Under the pieces are notes generated by a model. It saw only the letters and a program-made list of their open reading frames with translations, made no database searches and was not told the DNA's origin. 42,621 bases of DNA. Origin: Clostridia bacterium (GTDB lineage Bacteria; Bacillota; Clostridia; Christensenellales; CAG-314). Numbering within the stretch: the first letter of the stretch is position 1; every line of letters starts with the position of its first letter. Location of the stretch: positions 1 through 42,621 of the forward strand of contig JAGBWW010000066.1 in the NCBI GenBank assembly GCA_017629595.1, read 5' to 3'. Both the position numbers and the translations under genes were made by a program. Positions 18,790 to 26,330 of this stretch are shown piece by piece.

Positions 18790-20184
18790 ATGAAAACAGT
18801 ATCAATTAAACATATTTTTGCATCCCCCGAACAATATTTTGACAAAAAAATATCCGTTTGTGGATGGGTAAAAACTTTGCGCGATTCCAAAGTCTTTGGC
18901 TTTATTGAACTCAATGACGGCAGTTGCTTCAAAAACTTGCAAATTGTTTTTGAACAAGGCACAATTGACAACTTTGACGAAATTGCAAAACTCAACGTGG
19001 GCAGTTCAATTTTGGTAGAAGGCGTTTGCGTTGCAACACCCAATAACAAACAACCTTTGGAAATTAAGGCAACAAATATTCAAATTGAAGGCAAATCCAC
19101 ACCCGACTATCCTTTGCAAAAGAAACGTCACACTGTGGAATATTTGCGTGAAATTGCCCACTTGCGTCCCAGAACAAACTTGATTTCGGCAGTTATGCGT
19201 GTTCGTTCTGTGGCAGCGTATGCAATTCACAGTTTTTTCAACGAAAACGGCTTCGTTTACGTTCACACGCCTTTGATTACTGCAAGTGACTGCGAAGGTG
19301 TCGGCGAAATGTTTAGAGTTACCACTTTGGACGTTGAAAATCCTCCCAAAACACAAGACGGAAAGGTGGATTTCAAACAAGACTTTTTCGGCAAAAGTTC
19401 CTTCTTGACTGTTTCCGGACAACTTAACGTTGAAACGTATTGCATGGCATTTGGCAAAGTTTACACCTTTGGTCCTACCTTCCGTGCAGAAGTTTCCAAC
19501 ACACAACGTCACGCAGCGGAATTTTGGATGATTGAACCGGAAATTGCATTTGCAGACCTTTGCGACACAATGGATTTGGCAGAAGCAATGACAAAATACG
19601 TTATTAAATACGTTTTGAAACATTGCCCCGACGAAATTGCATTTTTCAACAATTTTGTGGATAAAACTTTGTTGCAAAGACTTTGTGAACTTGCAGATGC
19701 AAAATTTGCTCGTATGAGTTATACGGAAGCCGTTGAAGAACTGTCCAAAAACAACGATGCTTTTGAATATCCTATTAAGTGGGGACAATCTTTGCAAACG
19801 GAACACGAAAAATTCCTTACCGAAAAAGTGGTGGGTGGCCCTGTATTTGTTACCGACTATCCCCAAGACGTCAAAGCATTTTATATGCGCTTAAACGACG
19901 ACGGAAAAACGGTTGCTTGCACAGATATGTTGGTTCCCGGTATTGGCGAATTGATTGGTGGAAGTCAACGTGAAGAACGTTTGGACGTACTCCTTTCCAA
20001 TATCAAAAAGTTTGGTCTTAACGAAGAAGATTATTGGTGGTATCTTGATTTAAGAAAATACGGTGGCACCAAACACGGTGGTTACGGCATTGGTTTTGAA
20101 CGTTTGGTAATGTTCTTGACAGGCGTTTCCAATATTCGTGACGTATTGCCTTTCCCCAGAACAAGCAAAAACGCACAATTCTAA
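18790..20184 (+). CDS. asnS: Asparagine--tRNA ligase
   Basis: OB fold [49 protein letters not shown]. Confidence 0.97.
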   Translation: MKTVSIKHIFASPEQYFDKKISVCGWVKTLRDSKVFGFIELNDGSCFKNLQIVFEQGTIDNFDEIAKLNVGSSILVEGVCVATPNNKQPLEIKATNIQIEGKSTPDYPLQKKRHTVEYLREIAHLRPRTNLISAVMRVRSVAAYAIHSFFNENGFVYVHTPLITASDCEGVGEMFRVTTLDVENPPKTQDGKVDFKQDFFGKSSFLTVSGQLNVETYCMAFGKVYTFGPTFRAEVSNTQRHAAEFWMIEPEIAFADLCDTMDLAEAMTKYVIKYVLKHCPDEIAFFNNFVDKTLLQRLCELADAKFARMSYTEAVEELSKNNDAFEYPIKWGQSLQTEHEKFLTEKVVGGPVFVTDYPQDVKAFYMRLNDDGKTVACTDMLVPGIGELIGGSQREERLDVLLSNIKKFGLNEEDYWWYLDLRKYGGTKHGGYGIGFERLVMFLTGVSNIRDVLPFPRTSKNAQF

Positions 20185-20199
20185 TTTATATAAAAATTT

Positions 20200-20230
20200 A
20201 CGCTCAACCGAGGTTGTTGAGCGTTTTTTT
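20200..20230 (+). terminator. Intrinsic terminator after asnS
   Basis: ACGCTCAAC-cgaggtt-GTTGAGCGT + T run. Confidence 0.88.
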
Positions 20231-20232
20231 AT

Positions 20233-20261
20233 GCATATTTCCAAAAAATCTTACAATACTA
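20233..20261 (+). promoter_or_regulatory. Putative forespore sigmaG-type promoter
   Basis: GCATA (20233-20237), 17 nt, AATACTA (20255-20261); ATG 5 nt later. Confidence 0.55.
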
Positions 20262-20266
20262 TTAGT

Positions 20267-20416
20267 ATGAAAAGGACAAGAAAAAGACGTTATCACACAA
20301 CGCGAACACCCATTACGTTTGCAGGTATAGAACAGCAATTTGTCGGCAATCCAATGCTTTTGGGCGGAATTGCATCTTTCCCCAACGACAGCACGCAAAT
20401 CGACAAAAAGCCTTAA
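20267..20416 (+). CDS. Small hypothetical protein (49 aa, basic N-terminus), candidate spore protein
   Basis: MKRTRKRRYHTTRTPITFAGIEQQFVGNPMLLGGIASFPNDSTQIDKKP; begins just after a terminator and a sigmaG-like promoter; no SD. Confidence 0.5.
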   Translation: MKRTRKRRYHTTRTPITFAGIEQQFVGNPMLLGGIASFPNDSTQIDKKP

Positions 20417-20651
20417 TTTATGGGTTTGGAGTTATATAAAAAGCAAATTGAAGAAAGGGTGCAGTCGCAAAAGGAAAAGGAGACCGAGCAATCTTTGTTT
20501 TGCAATTTTACCTCCAAAGTGGAATTTTTTGCAATGGGCTTTGGACAAGAATTTTGTTGACATTTACGTCTTTCCAAGTTAAATGCTTCTTGGTTTACAA
20601 AATTTAGATGGTTATTCATACAATAATATTAAACAAATGTTTATTAAACAC

Positions 20652-20680
20652 TTGCAAATTTATCCTTACGGTTGTATAAT
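20652..20680 (+). promoter_or_regulatory. sigmaA promoter of acpP
   Basis: TTGCAA (20652-20657), 17 nt, TATAAT (20675-20680). Confidence 0.75.
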
Positions 20681-20709
20681 ATGTTCAGTAAACGATGGAG
20701 GACACAATT

Positions 20710-20937
20710 ATGGTATTGGAAAAAGTAAAAAGATTACTTGCCGAACAACTTAACGTCAAACCCGAATCTATTACAAGAGAATCCAACATTGTCGTGGATT
20801 TGCACGCAGACTCCTTGGACGTAGTTGAATTGCTTATGGCATTGGAAGACGAATACGGCGTAACAATTCCTGACGAGGAAGCCAACAACTTTGCAACGGT
20901 AGGCGCATTGGTTGACTTTATTGAATCCATCAAATAA
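20710..20937 (+). CDS. acpP: Acyl carrier protein
   Basis: Acidic 75 aa, DLHADSLDVVEL phosphopantetheine site, IPDEEA, TVG; GGAGG RBS at 20697-20701 gives ATG 20710. Confidence 0.96.
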   Translation: MVLEKVKRLLAEQLNVKPESITRESNIVVDLHADSLDVVELLMALEDEYGVTIPDEEANNFATVGALVDFIESIK

Positions 20938-20953
20938 TTTATACAAAAAACTG

Positions 20954-20981
20954 AACGCTCAACTTACGTTGGGCGTTTTTT
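20954..20981 (+). terminator. Intrinsic terminator after acpP
   Basis: AACGCTCAAC-ttac-GTTGGGCGTT + T run. Confidence 0.85.
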
Positions 20982-21046
20982 GTCTTCAAAATTTATTGCT
21001 TTCAACACGTGGTGGACGTTAAGTGTTTTCTCAAAAGAGAATAACG

Positions 21047-21102
21047 CAAATTCAAAATTTGAAATTAAACAATAGGGCGGTTTGAGTAAAATCAAATCGT
21101 CT
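21047..21102 (+). repeat. Imperfect direct repeat, copy 1 (left of ORFan)
   Basis: CAAATTCAAAATTT..AACAATAGGGCGGTTTGAG-taaaa-TCAAATC; identical 13-mer AGGGCGGTTTGAG at 21074-21086 and 21537-21549. Confidence 0.75.
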
Positions 21103-21132
21103 TTGACTTTTTTTATATCTCTATGATATAAT
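21103..21132 (+). promoter_or_regulatory. sigmaA promoter of the ORFan
   Basis: TTGACT (21103-21108), 18 nt, TG-n-TATAAT (21127-21132); AAGGAGG RBS follows. Confidence 0.7.
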
Positions 21133-21163
21133 GAAATTGCCAATCAATTAAGGAGGCTTACAT

Positions 21164-21514
21164 ATGTTTGTAAAAAGCAAAATCAGATCATATTTGCTAA
21201 AAGTAGGCGAAAACAAAAGTCCTTTTGACGTTTTATTATCCGATTATTTAAACGGCAAACTTAAAAGAGAATTTCAAAATGAAAAAATTAGAGTTATATC
21301 CATCCGCATTGATTGGTCTGATGATAACAAATGTATATTAGTACGTGGCAAATATCAGGCGTATCACATTGATGTAGAGATTTACCCTAGCGAACTCACC
21401 ATTTCGTATGATTCTTGCAACAACGAAAGTATGACGTATCCTCTAGATAGCAGTGAGCAAGTATATAGCAACTTGCTTGGTGTTATCAAGATGATACATA
21501 TCAAATACAGTTGA
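21164..21514 (+). CDS. Hypothetical protein (116 aa), probably horizontally acquired
   Basis: Strong promoter and AAGGAGG RBS; no motif recognised; uses codons (CTA, ATA, CAG, GAG) that look uncommon in neighbouring core genes. Confidence 0.8.
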   Translation: MFVKSKIRSYLLKVGENKSPFDVLLSDYLNGKLKREFQNEKIRVISIRIDWSDDNKCILVRGKYQAYHIDVEIYPSELTISYDSCNNESMTYPLDSSEQVYSNLLGVIKMIHIKYS

Positions 21515-21516
21515 TA

Positions 21517-21559
21517 AAAACTCAAAACTTAAGAACAGGGCGGTTTGAGCAGTCAAATC
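21517..21559 (+). repeat. Imperfect direct repeat, copy 2 (right of ORFan)
   Basis: AAAACTCAAAACTT-AAGAACAGGGCGGTTTGAG-cag-TCAAATC, starting 2 nt after the ORFan stop. Confidence 0.75.
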
Positions 21560-21797
21560 CAACTCTTGAAACATAGTTGCAAATCTTAATAGGAAAAGCG
21601 CTGATTTTGCTCTTTGCTCGTTTGGAGGTGCGAAGAGTGCGACGTTGAGATTGAAAATCAAAGGAGAAAAACCATCTCACCATCACGAGTAAAAATATCT
21701 TTGCCTAACAAAATAGGAGAGAAAATGAAGTCTATTATTTGGTAATTGTTCAGACAATTTAAGTTGGCGATAATTAGCCCTTGTTATATTTTCAAGT

Positions 21798-21826
21798 AAA
21801 AACGGAGCAATGTCTCCGTTTTTTTT
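21798..21826 (+). terminator. Intrinsic terminator, potentially bidirectional
   Basis: AAAAACGGAG-caatgt-CTCCGTTTTT + further T. Confidence 0.8.
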
Positions 21827-22045
21827 GTAAAGTTATTGTGTCATTTGATTATAATTACAAAAAACAAATTTTATTAGTACCATATTTTCTGCAATATAGG
21901 TTTGAGAAACAGTGGTGGAATTAAATTTCTGCAAAGAAAGAAATTTGTTGTGGATTAAATATTACTGCAAGTAAATTAGTTTTGCGCAAATTGACAAAAA
22001 AAGTCGCAAGGTAGTATATAAATCCTCTTTGCATAAACTATAATT

Positions 22046-22792
22046 ATGTATGAAATCACCATTTGGACGACCAAAAAGACGCATATAGAATACTTAAAAA
22101 GACAAACCTCTTGCTTTATAAGGAGTATAAACGGCGTATATGCAACCGTTTCAATAAACAAAATACACGGAATAAGTTTTGCAGTATCTAGTTTATTTTC
22201 CGACCAAATTAAAAGGAAACTGACTCCAATTTTAACGGAAATTTTGTGTTTGGGCTTTAAGGCTGACTATTTTATAGAAAGGCTGAAAGTCCCCAAAACG
22301 CCACTCAAAAATTTGTTGATTGGCACTATGAGTTTGTTTGACAATCAGGCAGATTACAATTCCACAAAAGGACTTTTCTCTTGGGACAAACCGATATATT
22401 TGGAAGGTTATTTCAACTTTTTGATGACGTCAATAAAGAGGCGGTGGGAAGAAGTCGCTCAACTGTGCGACAACAACCGATTGCTTTTTTCGGACGTTGA
22501 GGTAGGAAAGGAATTTTTAACCTTTTTGGTGCAATCTATGCCCTTTAAGCATGAAAAATTGTCTTTGGAGTGTTGTCAAAACGATTATCATTTGTTCGAC
22601 GAACACGAACAAATTATGGGCAACCTTTGGCAATATCTAGATGGTGCAACGCCACAAGAAATGGCGCTTTTGGATCTTGTAAAAAACAAGTCAAAAAGGT
22701 TGAAAATATACGAAGCGTGCAGTTTTTTTGACGAACTAACAATGCAACTATTAAATCAAATGTTTGACGTCAAGTTGATTGAAAAGAGTTGA
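22046..22792 (+). CDS. ytxC: YtxC-like putative sporulation protein
   Basis: IYLEGYFNF..IKRRWEEV and EFLTFLV resemble YtxC-family motifs; sits directly upstream of thrS as ytxC does in Firmicutes; CATAAACT -10-like box (22032-22039) just before ATG. Confidence 0.65.
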   Translation: MYEITIWTTKKTHIEYLKRQTSCFIRSINGVYATVSINKIHGISFAVSSLFSDQIKRKLTPILTEILCLGFKADYFIERLKVPKTPLKNLLIGTMSLFDNQADYNSTKGLFSWDKPIYLEGYFNFLMTSIKRRWEEVAQLCDNNRLLFSDVEVGKEFLTFLVQSMPFKHEKLSLECCQNDYHLFDEHEQIMGNLWQYLDGATPQEMALLDLVKNKSKRLKIYEACSFFDELTMQLLNQMFDVKLIEKS

Positions 22793-22830
22793 CAAAAATG
22801 CAATTTATATTAAAATGTAAGTATAATTAA

Positions 22831-23054
22831 ATAAGAGAAAAAGACACGTTTTATGTTTTAGTTTTTCAGAGAAGGGCTGGTTGGTGCAAAGCCTTAGGCG
22901 ATTCATAAAATACCACTTTTTACAAAATCTCTTTCAGTTTGTTCTTTCTGAGTAAAAAAAGTTCAAAGTGGGCGACTTTTGGTCGTCAAGTAAGGTGGAA
23001 CCACGGATTTTATTCGTCCTTATGCAACGGTGTGTTGCGTAAGGACTTTTTTTT
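22831..23054 (+). promoter_or_regulatory. T-box riboswitch (Thr) leader of thrS
   Basis: AGAGA (22868-22872) and GGTGCAA (22883-22889) Stem I motifs, ACC specifier (22912-22914), T-box AAGGTGGAACCACG (22992-23005), terminator GTCCTTATGCAAC/GTTGCGTAAGGAC + T8 (23016-23054); TTGACA (22789-22794) and TAAAAT (22811-22816) upstream. Confidence 0.93.
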
Positions 23055-23071
23055 GTTTACGGAGGTAAAAA

Positions 23072-24979
23072 ATGATTAAAGTTACGTTGCCTGATGGAAG
23101 TGTAAAAGAATTTGAACAAGGCGTATTTGCCATGGACGTTGTAAAGTCCATTTCCGAAGGTTTGGCTCGTGCAGCCGTTTGTGTTGAAGTTGACGGTCAA
23201 TTAAGAGATTTGTACAGCGTTTTGGATGGCGATTGCAACTTCAAAGTGCTTACTTTCAACGATGAAAAGGGTAAAGAAGTGTTTTGGCACAGTTCTTCCC
23301 ACGTTTTGGCACAAGCAGTTTCCCGCATTTGGCCTGAAGCAAAGTTTGCCATTGGCCCTGCAATTAAAGAAGGTTTCTATTACGATATTGATTTCCCTTG
23401 CACAATTACACAAGAAGATTTGCCCAAGATTGAAGAGGAAATGAAGAAAATCGTAAAAGAAAATATTCAAATCAAACGCGAACCCATCAAAAGGGTTGAT
23501 GCAATTGAGTTGTTTACGAAATTGGGTGACAACTACAAAGTGGAAATTTTGCAAGGTATTGAAGACGAGTGGGTATCTTTGTATCGTCAAGGTGACTATT
23601 TTGATTTGTGCCGTGGTCCTCACTTGCCCAACACAGGCAAAGTAAAGAGTTTCAAATTGACCTCTGTTGCAGGTGCATATTGGCGTGGCGACACAAAAAA
23701 CAAGATGTTGACGCGTATTTACGGAATTTCTTACGAAAAGAAAGCCGACTTGGAACAATATCTTACTTTGATTGAAGAAGCCAAAAAACGCGACCACCGC
23801 AAACTTGGTAGAGAACTTGATTTGTTTGATATTTTTGAAGAAGGTCCCGGCTTTCCTTTCTTCTTCCCCAAAGGTATGACTTTGCGCAATACTTTGGTAG
23901 ATTTTTGGCGTCACGAACATCGCAAAGCAGGTTACGTAGAAGTCAGCTCTCCCATGATTTTGAACAAAGATTTGTGGTTGCGTTCTGGTCACTGGGATCA
24001 CTACAAAGACAATATGTACACCGTAAACATTGACGAAAGCGATTTTGCAATCAAACCAATGAACTGCCCCAGCGGTATGCTTGTTTACAAGCGCAAACCT
24101 TGGAGCTATCGTGATTTGCCTTTGCGTATTGCCGAACTTGGTCAAGTTCACCGTCACGAATTGTCCGGCGCATTGCATGGTTTGATGCGTGTACGTTGCT
24201 TTACGCAAGACGACTCTCACATCTTTATGACACCCGAACAAATTGAAGGCGAAATTGAAGCCGTTGTACGTCTTATTGACAAAGTTTACAGCGTGTTTGG
24301 TTTCAGTTACAATTTGGAATTGTCCACACGTCCCGAAAACTCTATGGGTAGTGACGAGCAATGGGATATGGCAACACAAGCATTGAAAAATGCTTTGAAC
24401 AAGATGGGCAAACAATACCAAATCAACGAAGGCGACGGTGCATTTTACGGCCCCAAAATTGACTTCCACTTGCAAGACAGTCTTGGAAGAACGTGGCAAT
24501 GTGGCACAATTCAATTGGATTTCCAAATGCCCGAACGTTTTGATCTCACCTACGTTGGTGCAGACGGCGAAAAACATCGCCCCGTTATGATTCACCGTGT
24601 TGTCTTTGGCTCTATTGAACGCTTTATTGCAATTTTGACAGAACACTATGCAGGTGCATATCCTACGTGGTTAGCTCCCGTCCAAGCAGTGGTGTTGCCC
24701 ATTTCGGAAAACCACTACGAATACGCTCAACAAGTTTATCAACAATTGTTTGATGCTGGTTTGCGCGTGGATTTGGACATGAGAAATGAAAAAATCGGTT
24801 ATCGCATAAGAGAAGCACAACTCAAAAAAGTGCCTTATATGATTGTTTTGGGTGCAAACGAAAGCCAAAACGGAACCATTGCAGTCCGTCACAGAAAGGG
24901 TGGCGACCTTGGTGCAATGAGCATTGAGCAATTTTTGGCAGACGTCAAAAAACTTTGCGAAAACAAAGAAAATGACTAA
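23072..24979 (+). CDS. thrS: Threonine--tRNA ligase
   Basis: TGS domain, HSSSH and DLCRGPH editing motifs, RDHRKLG, KPMNCP, HRHELSG, GAFYGPKID, QCGTIQLDF, GSIERF. Confidence 0.99.
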   Translation: MIKVTLPDGSVKEFEQGVFAMDVVKSISEGLARAAVCVEVDGQLRDLYSVLDGDCNFKVLTFNDEKGKEVFWHSSSHVLAQAVSRIWPEAKFAIGPAIKEGFYYDIDFPCTITQEDLPKIEEEMKKIVKENIQIKREPIKRVDAIELFTKLGDNYKVEILQGIEDEWVSLYRQGDYFDLCRGPHLPNTGKVKSFKLTSVAGAYWRGDTKNKMLTRIYGISYEKKADLEQYLTLIEEAKKRDHRKLGRELDLFDIFEEGPGFPFFFPKGMTLRNTLVDFWRHEHRKAGYVEVSSPMILNKDLWLRSGHWDHYKDNMYTVNIDESDFAIKPMNCPSGMLVYKRKPWSYRDLPLRIAELGQVHRHELSGALHGLMRVRCFTQDDSHIFMTPEQIEGEIEAVVRLIDKVYSVFGFSYNLELSTRPENSMGSDEQWDMATQALKNALNKMGKQYQINEGDGAFYGPKIDFHLQDSLGRTWQCGTIQLDFQMPERFDLTYVGADGEKHRPVMIHRVVFGSIERFIAILTEHYAGAYPTWLAPVQAVVLPISENHYEYAQQVYQQLFDAGLRVDLDMRNEKIGYRIREAQLKKVPYMIVLGANESQNGTIAVRHRKGGDLGAMSIEQFLADVKKLCENKEND

Positions 24980-24995
24980 AAACACAAGCAAAATT

Positions 24996-25026
24996 GGTTG
25001 ACATTGTCAACCTTTTTTGCTAATAT
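24996..25026 (+). promoter_or_regulatory. sigmaA promoter of infC operon inside a palindrome that may also terminate thrS
   Basis: GGTTGACA-T-TGTCAACC (24996-25012) + T6; TTGACA (24998-25003), 17 nt, TG-n-TAATAT (25021-25026). Confidence 0.75.
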
Positions 25027-25032
25027 ATTTGC

Positions 25033-25149
25033 GTATTCAAGCAGAAGTTTACTTCTCGCCAAACGACTCGGGTTTTTTGGCTTATCAATAATTATCTTTT
25101 AGATGACTTTTGATGTGGTGTAAACTTTTGTTTTATACCACATTTTTTA
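25033..25149 (+). promoter_or_regulatory. Ribosomal protein L20 leader (transcription attenuator)
   Basis: AAGCAGAAG..ACTTCTC 5' motif; terminator ATGTGGTGTAAA/TTTATACCACAT + T5 (25113-25148); competing pairing CAGAAGTTTAC (25042-25052) with GTAAACTTTTG (25120-25130); upstream of infC-rpmI-rplT. Confidence 0.8.
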
Positions 25150-25164
25150 TTGGAGGACACTACC

Positions 25165-25677
25165 ATAAAAGAGCTTCAAATCAACGAGCAAATTCGTGAC
25201 AAACAAGTTAGACTTATTGGTGCCGAAGGCGAACAAATCGGTATCGTATCCGTTCAGGAAGCACAACGCATTGCCGATGAAGAAGGTTTGGATTTAGTAA
25301 AAATTTCCCCTCAAGCAGTACCCCCTGTATGCAAAATTATGAATTACAGCAAGTATCGCTATGAGCAAAACAAAAAAGAAAAGGAAATTAAGAAAAACCA
25401 AAAAGTTATCAAAATTAAAGAAATCGGCTTGTCTATGACTATTGACATCGGCGACCTCAACACCAAAATGAAACTTACAAAAGGCTTTTTGGCAGAAGGA
25501 AACAAAGTCAAAGTCAACATCCGTATGAGAGGCAGACAACAAGCCTATGTACATCAAGGTGTAGAAGTTATGAACAAGTTTGCCGATATGCTTGATGGCG
25601 AAGGCAAAGTGGAAAAAGCCCCCAACGTTGAAGGACGAAACATTTCTATGATCATCGTCCCTGCAACGAAAAAATAA
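25165..25677 (+). CDS. infC: Translation initiation factor IF-3 (non-canonical ATA start)
   Basis: INEQIR, GLDLV, PPVCKIMNY, KVKVNIRMRGR; GGAGG (25152-25156) lies 8 nt before in-frame ATA 25165. Confidence 0.96.
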   Translation: MKELQINEQIRDKQVRLIGAEGEQIGIVSVQEAQRIADEEGLDLVKISPQAVPPVCKIMNYSKYRYEQNKKEKEIKKNQKVIKIKEIGLSMTIDIGDLNTKMKLTKGFLAEGNKVKVNIRMRGRQQAYVHQGVEVMNKFADMLDGEGKVEKAPNVEGRNISMIIVPATKK

Positions 25678-25714
25678 TTAAATTGAAAAACACTTATCAA
25701 CGGAGGAAATAAAA

Positions 25715-25909
25715 ATGCCCAAACAAAAAACTCACAGTGCATCTAAAAAAAGATTTACCGTTTTGAAATCGGGTCTTGTAAAAAGAGCACAATGCAACAA
25801 AAACCACAAACTTGGCAAGAAAACGACAAAAAGAACTCGTAATCTTCGCAGCACAGCTTACGTCAACAAAACACAATCCAAGACTGTTAAAAACATGTTG
25901 CCGTACTAA
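25715..25909 (+). CDS. rpmI: 50S ribosomal protein L35
   Basis: MPKQKTHSASKKRF..HKLGKK; GGAGG RBS; operon position. Confidence 0.97.
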   Translation: MPKQKTHSASKKRFTVLKSGLVKRAQCNKNHKLGKKTTKRTRNLRSTAYVNKTQSKTVKNMLPY

Positions 25910-25928
25910 TTGATAGGAGGAGATAGAA

Positions 25929-26282
25929 ATGAGAATTAAAAGAGGCGTAAACGCAGTTAAAAAAAGAAGAAAAATTTTGAAATGTGCTAAAGGTTACTTT
26001 GGTGCAAAATCTACCAACTATCGCATTGCTCGTGAAGCCGTGATGAAATCCGGCAACTACGCATACGTCGGCAGAAGACTTAGAAAAAGAGATATGAGAA
26101 GTCTTTGGATTGCACGTATCAACGCAGCAGCAAGAATCAATGGTCTTTCTTACAGCAAATTTATGCACGGTTTGAAAGTTGCAAACATTGAGCTTGACAG
26201 AAAAGTTTTGGCAGAAATCGCAGTAAGTGATGCAAAATCCTTTGCAAAACTTGCTCAAACAGCAAAAGAAAACCTTAAATAA
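25929..26282 (+). CDS. rplT: 50S ribosomal protein L20
   Basis: [38 protein letters not shown]. Confidence 0.98.
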   Translation: MRIKRGVNAVKKRRKILKCAKGYFGAKSTNYRIAREAVMKSGNYAYVGRRLRKRDMRSLWIARINAAARINGLSYSKFMHGLKVANIELDRKVLAEIAVSDAKSFAKLAQTAKENLK

Positions 26283-26295
26283 TTAAACTTAACAT

Positions 26296-26323
26296 GAGCC
26301 TTTTAGAAGTAAAAGGCTCTTTT
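26296..26323 (+). terminator. Terminator after rplT
   Basis: GAGCCTTTTA-gaag-TAAAAGGCTC + TTTT. Confidence 0.75.
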
Positions 26324-26330
26324 ACTGAAA

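Noticed and set aside
21047-21970. CRISPR array or classical integron attC array
   Set aside because: Only 2-3 degenerate copies, wrong spacing, no cas or intI gene, no attC core/inverse-core pair.
23201-24646. 481-aa minus-strand ORF (also 19006-19866, 17954-18733, 33765-34472, 1887-2594)
   Set aside because: Antisense shadows of thrS, asnS, ftsZ, secD and lon; explained by scarcity of TTA/CTA/TCA codons in the sense gene; no RBS or recognisable motifs.
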